Positions 1-9,532 of a stretch of DNA of 64,000 bases are shown here, piece after piece. Made by a program: the position numbers and the translations under genes. Each line of letters begins with the position of its first letter. Within the stretch, counting starts at the first letter, position 1. This stretch comes from an uncultured Fibrobacterota bacterium. GTDB lineage: Bacteria; Fibrobacterota; Chitinivibrionia; Chitinivibrionales; FEN-1185. The stretch spans positions 256,001 to 320,000 of the forward strand of contig CAVWBU010000027.1 in NCBI GenBank assembly GCA_963753345.1, given 5' to 3'. The notes under the pieces were generated by a model. It was given only the letters and a program-made list of their open reading frames with translations, was not told the DNA's origin and made no database searches.

Positions 1-1001
1 TCTCCCACATATACATAGGTGCCGTCAAATGCCATGTGCCCGCTGCATGGCGCGTCGATGCCGGCGATTTTAGCGCCCACTGTTTTTGCCTGGGGATTAA
101 AGGAGTACAATGATGGTGCGAAGGTGGTCAGGTCCGAAATGACCGCGTATCCCTTTGTGTCGCTCACCACGATAATTGATGCTATGTCGCCTGAAAATGC
201 CGATTCGGCAACCACCGACCCGGCATTCACCTCTGTCGCCAGATCGATTTGCTCGATACCTGCATCGCTCATGCCCCATATTCCCACGCTGGCGACATAG
301 AGCTTTCCATTGAAAATGGACAACTCCTGCGGATTTTTGTATAGCAGATTGATGGCCTTTTCCACGCTGTCGTTTGTCGCATTGATCACGACGATTTTGC
401 TCGTATCGGCCGCCTGAATATATCCACCGGCTGGCGCCTTGAGCCGCTGACAGGCAATATAAACCTTGCCGTTGTAATACAACTCTTTTCCCATGTACGG
501 AAGAACGTCGGCACTGTCGGTTCCGGCATAGGTGTCAAAAGCGGACAGATCAATTGTTCTGCTTAGTCGTAACCCTGTTCGCGGATCAACAATGGCCACG
601 TTGGAACTGGCGTACTGGGTGACATAGGCTTTTGTCGGGCTGACAAGAGCTATGTCCTGTATGTTGACGGCTGCGCCGATATTCTTTTCGTAGGCCACGG
701 TTGATTCCGTAATAATTGATCCGTTGATTTTGAGCAGATTGTCTTTTCCGGAACGTTCAAGGACATAGATGGCCCCGTCATTCGTCCGTATATCATTGTC
801 GGTCCAGATCGAAAGCAGGTTCTTGTAGGCAACGGTGTCCGAAATACTGTAGAGGCCCATGTTGCCCGCATCGTAGGCATACGACAAACTCACCGCTACA
901 ATTGACTTGGCCGACGTGGTTTGCAATACCGGATTGCTCTTTGGAGAACAGCCGGCCAGGCAGATGAAGAGGACGCTTGATACTGCAAGAACCTTTTCCA
1001 T
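1..1001 (-). CDS. Surface lipoprotein, YncE/BtuG-like beta-propeller (3' end runs off the window)
   Basis: Hand translation from ATG at 1001 with an AAGGAG RBS: MEKVLAVSSVLFICLAGC (lipobox LAGC), then propeller-like strands (KAYVTQY, NGKVYIAC, NGKLYVAS). It follows the TonB receptor and is absent from the ORF track because it is open to the edge. Confidence 0.75.
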   Translation of the reverse strand, partial: MEKVLAVSSVLFICLAGCSPKSNPVLQTTSAKSIVAVSLSYAYDAGNMGLYSISDTVAYKNLLSIWTDNDIRTNDGAIYVLERSGKDNLLKINGSIITESTVAYEKNIGAAVNIQDIALVSPTKAYVTQYASSNVAIVDPRTGLRLSRTIDLSAFDTYAGTDSADVLPYMGKELYYNGKVYIACQRLKAPAGGYIQAADTSKIVVINATNDSVEKAINLLYKNPQELSIFNGKLYVASVGIWGMSDAGIEQIDLATEVNAGSVVAESAFSGDIASIIVVSDTKGYAVISDLTTFAPSLYSFNPQAKTVGAKIAGIDAPCSGHMAFDGTYVYVG

Positions 1002-1133
1002 TGAATATCTCCTTGCGTGAGGGTTGATTGTTCACGAGCGTCAGTATAAAATCGGTATTCTTGATGGGGCGTTAGCATACGAGTAAACGGGTCATGATAG
1101 ATTCTAAGGCATGACCTTGTGGCGTTACCTCCT

Positions 1134-3249
1134 TCAGAACTTGCATTTCAAGACGACATACTGAGAAAGGCCGGGCAGCGGCCTTTGAAAATCGTAATCC
1201 TTAACGTTAAGGTAATTTTCGATCCTGTAGGAAAGGTCGAAATGCTCCCCTATCGTACAACCGATGCTCGCATTCAATTGAGGCCTGGGTTGCTGTATGG
1301 GCGGCAGGTTGTCAAAGTTGGTAAAATAGCTGGAGACGAGTCGGGCCGAATGACCTGCATACCAATTCCTGTACATGAATTTGATGTTGAGATTATCCGT
1401 GAATCGCGGCTGCAGCGGTTCGTCCTTCCCATTCCATGATGAAAACGTGTCGGAATGCATAATATTTTCCATGTAGGTCATCGAATTGACGACCGACAAC
1501 CATGGAAACGGGCTCAGGGTGGCGTCGTTTTCCAGCCCCCACGCATTGACATCGGACACATTCGTCGGCGTAAACATGGTTGAATGCCCTATGTAAACTA
1601 TTTTGTCTTTTGTTGTGCTCGCGAATACAGCTCCGGATACGGCGATCCATGATTTAACAAAAGAGAACCCCAGGTCGCCTTCCAGCCGGGTCTCGGGACG
1701 GAGGGCCGGATTACTTGTTATATGCGCTCCTTCTGAATACTTTTCGGAAAATCCCGGACTTCGACTACTGTATTGAATACTCGCCAAAATGCCAAGACAA
1801 TCAAACGGCTGGTAACGTAATTCGGAAAAACCACCGGGAAACCCTTTCTTTGTTAACCCGCCCCCCGACACCGGGCCAACCAAAGTCATGCTGTCGTTTG
1901 TTGAATCAATCTCGTATCGGTAAAGACCGCAAAGTCGTGCCGTTACCTCCTTGCAAAAATAGACCTTAGCCTCCATCCCCACCTTCCCGGTAAGGCGGAA
2001 ATAATGCGGTTGTACTTGCCCCGCTGGCGACAGGAGATTGTCGTCGTCAAACCCGTCATAGCTCGCGTCAAGGATTCCCTTAAGGAGCAGATGATTTCCG
2101 ATGCCGTCTTGAAGTATGCCTTCCAATGATCCGTACGGTTGATTGAAATTGTGCAAGTCGGGCGTCGTGAGATAATATTTTTGGAACCTCCGGAATCCCT
2201 CATCCCGGGTTTGCCCTGCTGCCGTTACGGTCATGGAAATGTTTTGAGCAAGCGCCGCAGAATATGATTCCAGCAATGAAACTCTGCTTTCCCTCACCGT
2301 TCCGTCGTTGAGACCCGCCGTTGGGAAGTAATAGATGCCTTCATCCGTAATGAGCATCGAAAATTGCGAAGTAAGTTTGCTGCGGTTGTCAATCTTGAAC
2401 GTGTTTTCGTACATTGAAGACAATGTCGAAAAGAAGTTGTTATCCATGGTTTTCTGAGAATCATCGGTTGCCACGCTCGGCCCAAGCGTCACAACGCGGT
2501 CGGTATACGGATAATTATTGTCCGCCCACCCGTAATTTATGGAAAAGCGATGGGTCATCCGACCCGAAGTTTTGCTGACTATTGCATTGCCTTCGCGATA
2601 CCCGAATGAACCGACTTCCAGGGAGGCGGCCGTTGCATCGCCGGCGCCGTCCGAGGTGAGATTAATGACCCCTGCGGCATTGGCTCCGAAAATCTCAATG
2701 GGTGGGGTGGTTTTGTAAATGGTGATGCTTTGCAAGGCGGAAATCGGAATCTTTGAGATATCAACCGCATTCCCGGTTGAACCATTTAAGGGTATTCCGT
2801 CAAGATAGACCTGCACCTGACTCGGCGAGCTGCCCCGGATCGACACGTCTGAATAATGGCCGAAACCGCCTCTGTCGCAGATGAACACGCCGGAAACGGT
2901 TTCGAGCACCGATTGCAAGTCTACGTATTTGCCCGAAAAGTCCTTTGCATCCACGATCACTGTTGAAGGGGTATACTCCCTGATACTCTTGCCGGTAACA
3001 ACCATTTTGTCAATGACGACGCCGGAATCGGAAGTCCGTGCCGGTCTCGGGATACTGTGGCTTGGAATTGGAGGGCTTAGCATCTTTCGGCGGGGAATTT
3101 ATCGTGTTGGCGTCGGGATTTGAAATCGAACCCGGAGATTGTGCAGGCTGGGCAACACCAGTGCTATCCGTTCCCATGGTCAGCGAATCGGATTTCGCTT
3201 CCGCAAATACACAAGAGCACAAGCAAATCAACACGAATAGGATGCGCAC
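1134..3249 (-). CDS. btuB: TonB-dependent receptor, BtuB-like (frameshift near 3040-3085)
   Basis: Plug motif SIRGSSPSQVQVYLDGIP, NPALRPE motif and a C-terminal Phe in ORF 1134-3083. The signal peptide VRILFVLICLCSCVFA lies in another frame (GTG at 3249). It sits downstream of a cobalamin riboswitch. Confidence 0.8.
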
Positions 3250-3309
3250 AGATCGGAATTCCTTGACCCCATCCCTCGGGGATCGTCGGTACAAACGCGA
3301 AAATGAATG

Positions 3310-3472
3310 TTCAGGTAGGTCTCCTGGCTTCCCCAAAGATCATGCCGGCCTTCCCATTCCGCTTTCGGAACAGTGGCTGAGGCTACATTGCCCTTTGCTT
3401 TTCGCAACGGGCCGGGGTCACAGTGGCGGGTCCGCTCCCGATTTTAACGGGATTCCCTTGGCACCTGGACAT
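3310..3472 (-). promoter_or_regulatory. Cobalamin (B12) riboswitch
   Basis: The minus strand reads AGGTG..AAGGGAATCCCGTTAAAATCGGGAGCGGACCCGCCACTGT...GCCACTG...GGGAAGG...AAGCCAGGAGACCT, the canonical cobalamin riboswitch motifs including the B12 box. Confidence 0.93.
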
Positions 3473-3563
3473 GAGAAAGAACTGCAATAGAATTTAATAA
3501 AGATTCGGTGAAGAGGCAAGGAAAAACAGCTGGAAATACCCGGTCAACGAGTCTTCCCCGTCA

Positions 3564-4427
3564 TCAAAAGCCAATTATCTTGATTTCACCATCCAAATGA
3601 TGTTCAAAATCGGTTTCCCATCGGGTGGGATTGTTGCGGATATACCGCCGAATTTGGAACAACGATTTGTCGTCGCGGATGATGTGATCGTAATAATTGC
3701 GTTGCCATATTTTTTCAACCCCGCGTTGTCGGGCGACGTTGATTTGTTTCGTGGATTGGTATTTGAAATATGCAACGATGTTTCCCAACGTCGTGGTTTT
3801 CGTGGTTGGTTTTCCCGTGGTGGTTGCATTCGTGTCCGTTGCATTCGTATCCCCGATTGTTGCATTTGTAGGGGCGTGGTCATCACGCCCCATTTTATGG
3901 GCGCGGGTGTCGCGCCCCATATTTTGGTCGCCGCGCCCCGGGAATTCCGTCCGGGGAAATTCCATTGGGCGGGATAACCCCGCCGTTTCGGATTCAATCG
4001 CGCCGGATGATGGCATGATGGGGCGGGATAACCCAATGGGGCGCGATGACCGCGCATACGTGGGCCCGTCGGTTTTCAGAATGGGGCGCGATGACCGCGC
4101 CCCTACGAATGTCGAATCCCGGATGACGATAATGCCGTGAATATGATTCGGCATGATGATGAATTCGTCCAACCGGATATGCGGATAATGCGCCGGCAAA
4201 TCGTTCCAACATTGACGAACAATAATCCCATAATCGTTTTCGACCATTGCGCCGCCAACAACGTCCCCGAATAATTTTTGTTTGCGATCCTGAATGCAAA
4301 CCGTGACAAAATACGCGCCGGGAAGGGAATAATCGTAGCCGGGCAGACGGATGGATTTGCGATTGCCTGCCCTGAGCGAGGTCGAAGGGTGATAACCGGT
4401 GTATTTGTTGAAGATGCCAGTGGACAT
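3564..4427 (-). mobile_element. REP-associated tyrosine transposase (RAYT, Y1/HUH family)
   Basis: RKSIRLPGYDYS..YFVTVC N-terminus, HUH motif MPNHIHGII and WQRNYYDHIIR region, with internal GTAG-tagged REPs. Confidence 0.9.
3868..4106. repeat. GTAG-tagged REP inverted pair (REPIN) inside the RAYT coding sequence
   Basis: gtaggggcgtggtcatcacgcccc (3868-3891) and ggggcgcgatgaccgcgcccctac (4083-4106) are near-perfect inverted copies, with degenerate copies between them. Confidence 0.85.
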
Positions 4428-4599
4428 TGTTCCGCCTTAAGCACTAGGATCAGGAAAAAGATAGTACTACGGATTGCCGAGCCCGTGCGGCGTGGGCGTG
4501 CCCGTGCAAGGCCGAACCTTCCGTTGCGCGCACGGTAGAAGCACCCGATTAATAAATTCTTGACGGAACATACCGACGATTGAGCCCACCTGCTGGCAT

Positions 4600-4986
4600 C
4601 CCCCGTTCGTCTCGATACAGCCCGTGCTCCGCCCAGGCCACTCGACGAACGGTGTACCGTCCCGCCGGTCATCGAGTAGACGCTTTAGGGTCGTATCGAG
4701 ATGCCGGCCACCCCCGTTCGTCTCGATACAGCCCGTGCTCCGCCCGGGCCACTCGACGAACGGTGTACCGTCCCGCCGGTCATCGAGTAGACGCTTTAGG
4801 GTCGTATCGAGATGCCGGCCACCCCCGTTCGTCTCGATACAGCCCGTGCTCCGCCCAGGCCACTCGACGAACGGTGCACCGTCCCGCCGGTCATCGAGTA
4901 GACGCTTTAGGGTCGTATCGAGATGCCGGCCACCCCCGTTCGTCTCGATACAGCCCGTGCTCCGCCCGGGCCACTCGACGAACGGT
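4600..4986. repeat. Tandem array of about 3.5 near-identical 111-bp palindromic units
   Basis: Units start at 4600, 4711, 4822 and 4933. Each unit has inverted arms tctcgatac..gtatcgaga and actcga..tcgagt. Confidence 0.95.
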
Positions 4987-5276
4987 TACCGCCCCGAGAA
5001 ATCCTTCTTCGCCAGCGAATGCAGCTCATTGTTCCGTTTTTCGATCAGCGCTTTCTTTTTCGCGTGGCTCCAGCCCTGTACCTGCTTCTCACGATAAAAT
5101 GCTTCATCGATTCTCGAATATTCTTCGTTGTACACCAACTTTACAGGGTGCTTCTTTCTCGTGTAATTGGCGCCAAGAAAATTATTGTGTTCCCAAATTC
5201 GTCTTTCGAGATTCTTCGTGCTGCCGGTGTAAAATGTGCCATCGGCACATTGAAGAATGTACATCCACCCTTTCAT
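4986..5276 (-). CDS. Small GIY-YIG nuclease (UPF0213/YhbQ-like)
   Basis: MKGWMYILQCADGTFYTGSTKNLERRIWEHN...AFYREKQVQGWSHAKKKALI. Confidence 0.92.
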   Translation of the reverse strand: MKGWMYILQCADGTFYTGSTKNLERRIWEHNNFLGANYTRKKHPVKLVYNEEYSRIDEAFYREKQVQGWSHAKKKALIEKRNNELHSLAKKDFSGR

Positions 5277-5337
5277 ACCATTATCCTTCAAGCTGGATTA
5301 TTCAGGAATTACAGTTGCCGCCCGACGAGTGCCGCTC

Positions 5338-5444
5338 GCCTCGATACATTCCTCCGGAACACTCGGCGAGCGGTATTCGACGAACGAGCTACTTCCCCGC
5401 CGGTCATCGAGTAGACGCTTTAGCGTCGTATCGAGATGCCGGCA
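5338..5444. repeat. Diverged copy of the 111-bp repeat family
   Basis: ctcgatac...tcgacgaacg...cgccggtcatcgagtagacgctttagcgtcgtatcgagatgccggc. It overlaps the hsdS stop. Confidence 0.85.
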
Positions 5445-6633
5445 CCCGGCCCAAATCCAATTCGCCTGCAAACGCGCGCTGACTGAGGGAAGAATAGAGG
5501 TTTTCGAGGGAGGTGAGGCTTTGGGTGTAGAGGGATTTGAGGGATTCGAGTTTGAGGACGAGGGAGGAGAAATTTTTCTGGAGCGAGAGAGGGGGAATCG
5601 GAACAAATATTTTTTCCATTGCGTCTGTATCGAATTTCTTTGTTCCATGACCAGCCGTTGTGATTGCCGCAAGAATCTGACGATCCATATTGTCTACACA
5701 GTTCTTTAGATAATGTACTGTGACTTCCTTGACAGGAAGTATGGCCTTCATGTCCTGATTGATGGAAACGTCAACGGTGTTTATTGCAGTTGGAAAGGTA
5801 TGCGCCAAGATCATTCCGCGAACTACAATAAGCAAATGACCTGAACCTATCTTTTTGAGATTTGTTTCGTCAAATACTTTTTCAGAGAGGTAGTCTTGCG
5901 CCTTTGAAATATATGGTACCTTCATATCCTTTGGGCTAATCCAGGGAAACTTTCCAATCCAGAAATCATTTCGTTCTTTACTTGGTGTACCACCGCTGAT
6001 GAATGTGCCAACCTCATGCATTGGAAGTGTCTTCCACCCCTTCTCATTCCTCACCGGGTCCCCAAACATCTCCAGAAACGCGCTCTTCGCCAATTCATCC
6101 AGCGCCTTGATGCTCTCTTTGCGTTTGGCAATCAGCTTTTCCGCGCGGGTGAGAAGGGCGGCGATGCGGATTTGGTCGGCGAGCGATTCAGGAAGGGCAA
6201 TTCTTATTTGGGCCACATCCGAGGGATACAAATGGATGCCTTTTACCTTTGACTTTAGCCATTTCAGGCCTTGCGGTGATTTGATGAACTGGTTAACAAA
6301 ATCCTTATCCGCCTTTATTGGTCTAATTATCAACCATTCTCCTGTGGCAATCACACCGTCTATGGCTTCAGGTACTAGCGCGGTCTTGCTGCCAACGTAA
6401 GCAGAATTATGGGCAGCATTCAATACAATCGTATCACCTGTGCGCAATCTTTTGTTTTCAAATCTCCTATAGAAGTCTGCATCAACGAACGATTCAAACA
6501 AGCCCTTGAAATTACCATTCTCGTCAATGTCACGTATTTTTAAAATTGGAAGCCCCGAAGACCTTTGCTCGTTTTTTGAGGGCGTTTTGCCATTGAAAAC
6601 ATTTGCAACAGTGCTTAGGAGTTCCTTCTTCAT
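5404..6633 (-). CDS. hsdS: Type I restriction-modification specificity subunit
   Basis: Two target-recognition domains (GKTPSK, SGGTPSK), central spacer LFxEMFGDP-like (FLEMFGDP), PIPPLSLQ, C-terminal QRAFAGEL. Confidence 0.93.
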   Translation of the reverse strand: MKKELLSTVANVFNGKTPSKNEQRSSGLPILKIRDIDENGNFKGLFESFVDADFYRRFENKRLRTGDTIVLNAAHNSAYVGSKTALVPEAIDGVIATGEWLIIRPIKADKDFVNQFIKSPQGLKWLKSKVKGIHLYPSDVAQIRIALPESLADQIRIAALLTRAEKLIAKRKESIKALDELAKSAFLEMFGDPVRNEKGWKTLPMHEVGTFISGGTPSKERNDFWIGKFPWISPKDMKVPYISKAQDYLSEKVFDETNLKKIGSGHLLIVVRGMILAHTFPTAINTVDVSINQDMKAILPVKEVTVHYLKNCVDNMDRQILAAITTAGHGTKKFDTDAMEKIFVPIPPLSLQKNFSSLVLKLESLKSLYTQSLTSLENLYSSLSQRAFAGELDLGRVPASRYDAKASTR

Positions 6634-8195
6634 CCCACCATCCCCTCCATCTCCCCCAGCTCCCCCGCAATCTCCTTCTCCATCTTCCTCAATTTTTCCA
6701 GAATCTTCCCCGGCTTCTCATACTCAACCTCTTCAAACACATCCTCTTTATATTTACTCATGCTCAAGTCATAGTTTTCCTTAACGACCTCGGCCTTGGG
6801 CACAAAGAAGAATTTCTCCTTCCTGTCGCTCTTCTTTTTCTGGTCCCGTTTCTTAAATTGCGTCACAATGTCCTGCAAATCTCCGTAGCCTTCCAGCTTT
6901 GTCCGTTTGTCGTCCAGGCTGTACCCGTCGCTTTGCATATCGTAGAACCAGATGTTCTCGGTTTCTCCGCCTTTGGTAAAGACCAGGATTGCGGTGCTTA
7001 CTCCTGCGTAGGGCTTGAACACGCCGCTGGGCATGGTAACGACCGCCTTGAGTTCGCATTTTTCAACGAGGATCTTTCGCGCTTCCACAAAGGCGTTGCC
7101 GCTGCCGAACAACACGCCCTGCGGGACAATAACGCCGGCCGTGCCGCCCATCTTGAGCAGGTTGTAAATGTTCTCCACAAAGAGCAGTTCCGTTTTGGTG
7201 GTCCCCAGCTTGAGCGACTCGTTGATGTCGCCTTTGTCTATGCTGCCCGTAAACGGCGGGTTGGCCATTACAATCTGGTACTTGTTCTGCTCGATAAACG
7301 TTTTGCTCAGGGTGTCTTTGTAGTCCACGTGCGGCGTGTCCACGCCGTGCATCATGAGGTTCATGAGGCCCAGGCGCACCATGGTCACGTCGAAATCGTA
7401 GCCGTTGAGGCCCGCGTTGAGGATGTCGCTCACCTTTTTGTTAAGGCGGCTGCTCACCGAGCTGCGGACAAACCCGTCTTCGTCGGGCCTGGGCTTCTTC
7501 TTGTCTTTGTCGAGCTGCGTCACAATGTACTGGTACGCGCCGAGCAAGAACCCGCCGGTGCCGCACGCCGGGTCGCAAATATGGTTCCCAAGCTGCGGGT
7601 CTACAAGCTCGGTAATAAGCTTGATGATATGACGCGGGGTCCTGAATTGCCCGTTCTTGCCAGCCGTGGCTATTTCGGAGAGCAGCATTTCGTACACGTC
7701 GCCCTGAATGTCCTGGAACGCGTGCCCGCCGGTCTTGGAATCTTTTTCGATCTCCGCGAATATCTCCTCAATGGTGGACATGGCCTCGACAAGCAGACTG
7801 GGCTTGGGAATGATAAAGACCGCGTTCGACATGTGATGGCTGAACGGCGATTCGTTGCCGTTGAGCGTTTTGAGGAACGGGAACACTTTGGTTTGCACAT
7901 GCGAAAGCATTTCTTCCGCCTGCATCCGCTTGAACCGGCTCCATCGAAGCGTCTTCTTGTCCACCTTCTGCTTTGTTCCGGGTATTGTAAACGTGCCGCT
8001 GAACCTGGAGACGTACTTCTCGCCGGTGAATTCGGCGTCCGATGTCCGCTTCAGGTCGAGGTCGTCGAGCCGCTTCATAAAGAGCAGATAGGTTATCTGC
8101 TCGATTGCGGTGAGCGGGTTGGCAATGCCGCCGCTCCAGAACTTGTCCCAGAGCTTGTCGATTTTGCTTTTGAGCGCGGAGTTGTTTTGAAGCAC
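6630..8195 (-). CDS. hsdM: Type I RM N6-adenine methyltransferase
   Basis: GQFRTPRHI, DPACGTGGFL and NPPF motifs. The GTG start at 8195 overlaps the upstream TAG. Confidence 0.95.
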   Translation of the reverse strand: MLQNNSALKSKIDKLWDKFWSGGIANPLTAIEQITYLLFMKRLDDLDLKRTSDAEFTGEKYVSRFSGTFTIPGTKQKVDKKTLRWSRFKRMQAEEMLSHVQTKVFPFLKTLNGNESPFSHHMSNAVFIIPKPSLLVEAMSTIEEIFAEIEKDSKTGGHAFQDIQGDVYEMLLSEIATAGKNGQFRTPRHIIKLITELVDPQLGNHICDPACGTGGFLLGAYQYIVTQLDKDKKKPRPDEDGFVRSSVSSRLNKKVSDILNAGLNGYDFDVTMVRLGLMNLMMHGVDTPHVDYKDTLSKTFIEQNKYQIVMANPPFTGSIDKGDINESLKLGTTKTELLFVENIYNLLKMGGTAGVIVPQGVLFGSGNAFVEARKILVEKCELKAVVTMPSGVFKPYAGVSTAILVFTKGGETENIWFYDMQSDGYSLDDKRTKLEGYGDLQDIVTQFKKRDQKKKSDRKEKFFFVPKAEVVKENYDLSMSKYKEDVFEEVEYEKPGKILEKLRKMEKEIAGELGEMEGMVG

Positions 8196-9532
8196 TATTT
8201 GTCCTTTTCTAATATCTGCCAACGGCCTTTTCTTGTTGCACCAATATGTTTTATTAGGCCTAATTTTGTAAGGTTCCTAAGATGATATTTCACGCCATCC
8301 GGCGTAATAGCCAATTTGTTTGCAAGTTCGTTTCTCGTTATGTGCGGGTCTACACTTATCAGGGAAAGAATTTTTTCTTGGGTAGTTTTCCCCTGTTCTT
8401 GGGTAGTTTCTTGGGTAGTCCGCTTAAACGTAACGGTGAAAAAGGAATCGAATTTAAAAACCGGCTCCGGATCTCCGGCGGCGGCAAGGGCGTTTTTTAT
8501 CCGGTTGATTCCGGTGCCCATTTTCTCGATATAGCCGGTGCGATGTAAAAGCGACGCGATCAACGGGTTTCGCGAAACGCTCAGCGTTCCGAATTTTTCC
8601 GGTGAAAGCCCTTTGGGAAGCCCGCCGGGATTGGAAATGTGTATCCGGTCGTCAAAAATTTCGACCATGATATTGGCGCCTTTTTCAAAATAATCCCGAT
8701 GACAGGCTGCATTAACAATCGCCTCGCGCAAGGCGACTTCGGGTATTTCGAGAATTTCCGCGCGCTGCATTGTCTTGATTTCGTACCGTAGGTTTAAATG
8801 TTTTTTCAAGAAAAGGATGGTATCTTCGATGTTGGAAATTAAATCGGCGGAGAAATCTTTTCTATCAAGAATTGTAATCTTTTCAATGCCTTTGTACAGC
8901 GCGCAGGTTATGGTCGCAAAAAATAGATGGGGCGGCAAGTTCCGGCAGAAAAAAAGGAGTCCTGCATTATTAAGATACAGCTTGTGGCGCCTATGAAGCA
9001 AAACCCCCAAATTTTCAAGGACAGCATGGTCGCCAAGGGTCTTCGTGATTTTTGCGGCGTTTACAAATCGAGTGAGAACCGAGGGATCCAAAACTTTGTT
9101 AAGGTCAACATTCTCGTCGACGATTTCATCAAACCGCACTTTGCCTTCGGATTGGATGAATTCAGTTATTTCCCGAGTGGACATCTTTTGTGAGTTCGCG
9201 CCGCTGCGCAAATAGAACCCTTTTGAACAACGATACGGTTTGTTCAAGCCTTCTTTAACCTGTATAATTAATATGTTTTCGAAATGGGTTATTTCGATTG
9301 GGACCGGAGGATCGCAATGGGTGGCCATGTCTTGTATTTGAGAGAGGATAGTATTGTTCTTTGCAATTCCGGTCTGTACATTGTGGTCATTGATGCCGAT
9401 AAATATTCTTCCGCCAATGGAATTTGCCATGGCGACAAGTTCTTTCGAAAGATCGGAATTCACATTTTCCTTAAATTCAAGGGTGAGGCCTTCGCCTTCC
9501 TCCAAAATGAGAGCCAATTCCTTCTTGTTCAT
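8195..9532 (-). CDS. AlbA_2/Schlafen domain + HATPase_c_4 + wHTH protein
   Basis: GEGLTLEFKE..AMANSIGGRIFIGIND; ALREAIVNAACHRDY; SNPGGLP; RNPLIA; EKMGTGI; C-terminal HTH. It is embedded in the hsd operon. Confidence 0.88.
   Translation of the reverse strand: MNKKELALILEEGEGLTLEFKENVNSDLSKELVAMANSIGGRIFIGINDHNVQTGIAKNNTILSQIQDMATHCDPPVPIEITHFENILIIQVKEGLNKPYRCSKGFYLRSGANSQKMSTREITEFIQSEGKVRFDEIVDENVDLNKVLDPSVLTRFVNAAKITKTLGDHAVLENLGVLLHRRHKLYLNNAGLLFFCRNLPPHLFFATITCALYKGIEKITILDRKDFSADLISNIEDTILFLKKHLNLRYEIKTMQRAEILEIPEVALREAIVNAACHRDYFEKGANIMVEIFDDRIHISNPGGLPKGLSPEKFGTLSVSRNPLIASLLHRTGYIEKMGTGINRIKNALAAAGDPEPVFKFDSFFTVTFKRTTQETTQEQGKTTQEKILSLISVDPHITRNELANKLAITPDGVKYHLRNLTKLGLIKHIGATRKGRWQILEKDK

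Noticed and set aside
4600-4986. CRISPR array
   Set aside because: The units are near-identical over the full 111 bp with no unique spacers, and there are no cas genes.
4580-5482. 300-aa plus-strand repeat protein
   Set aside because: It is open only because the 111-bp unit is a multiple of 3, and it lies antisense to the GIY-YIG and hsdS genes.
6603-8285. 560-aa plus-strand ORF and similar long antisense ORFs (22972-23895, 50445-51479, 53655-54836)
   Set aside because: These are shadow frames of well-supported minus-strand genes.
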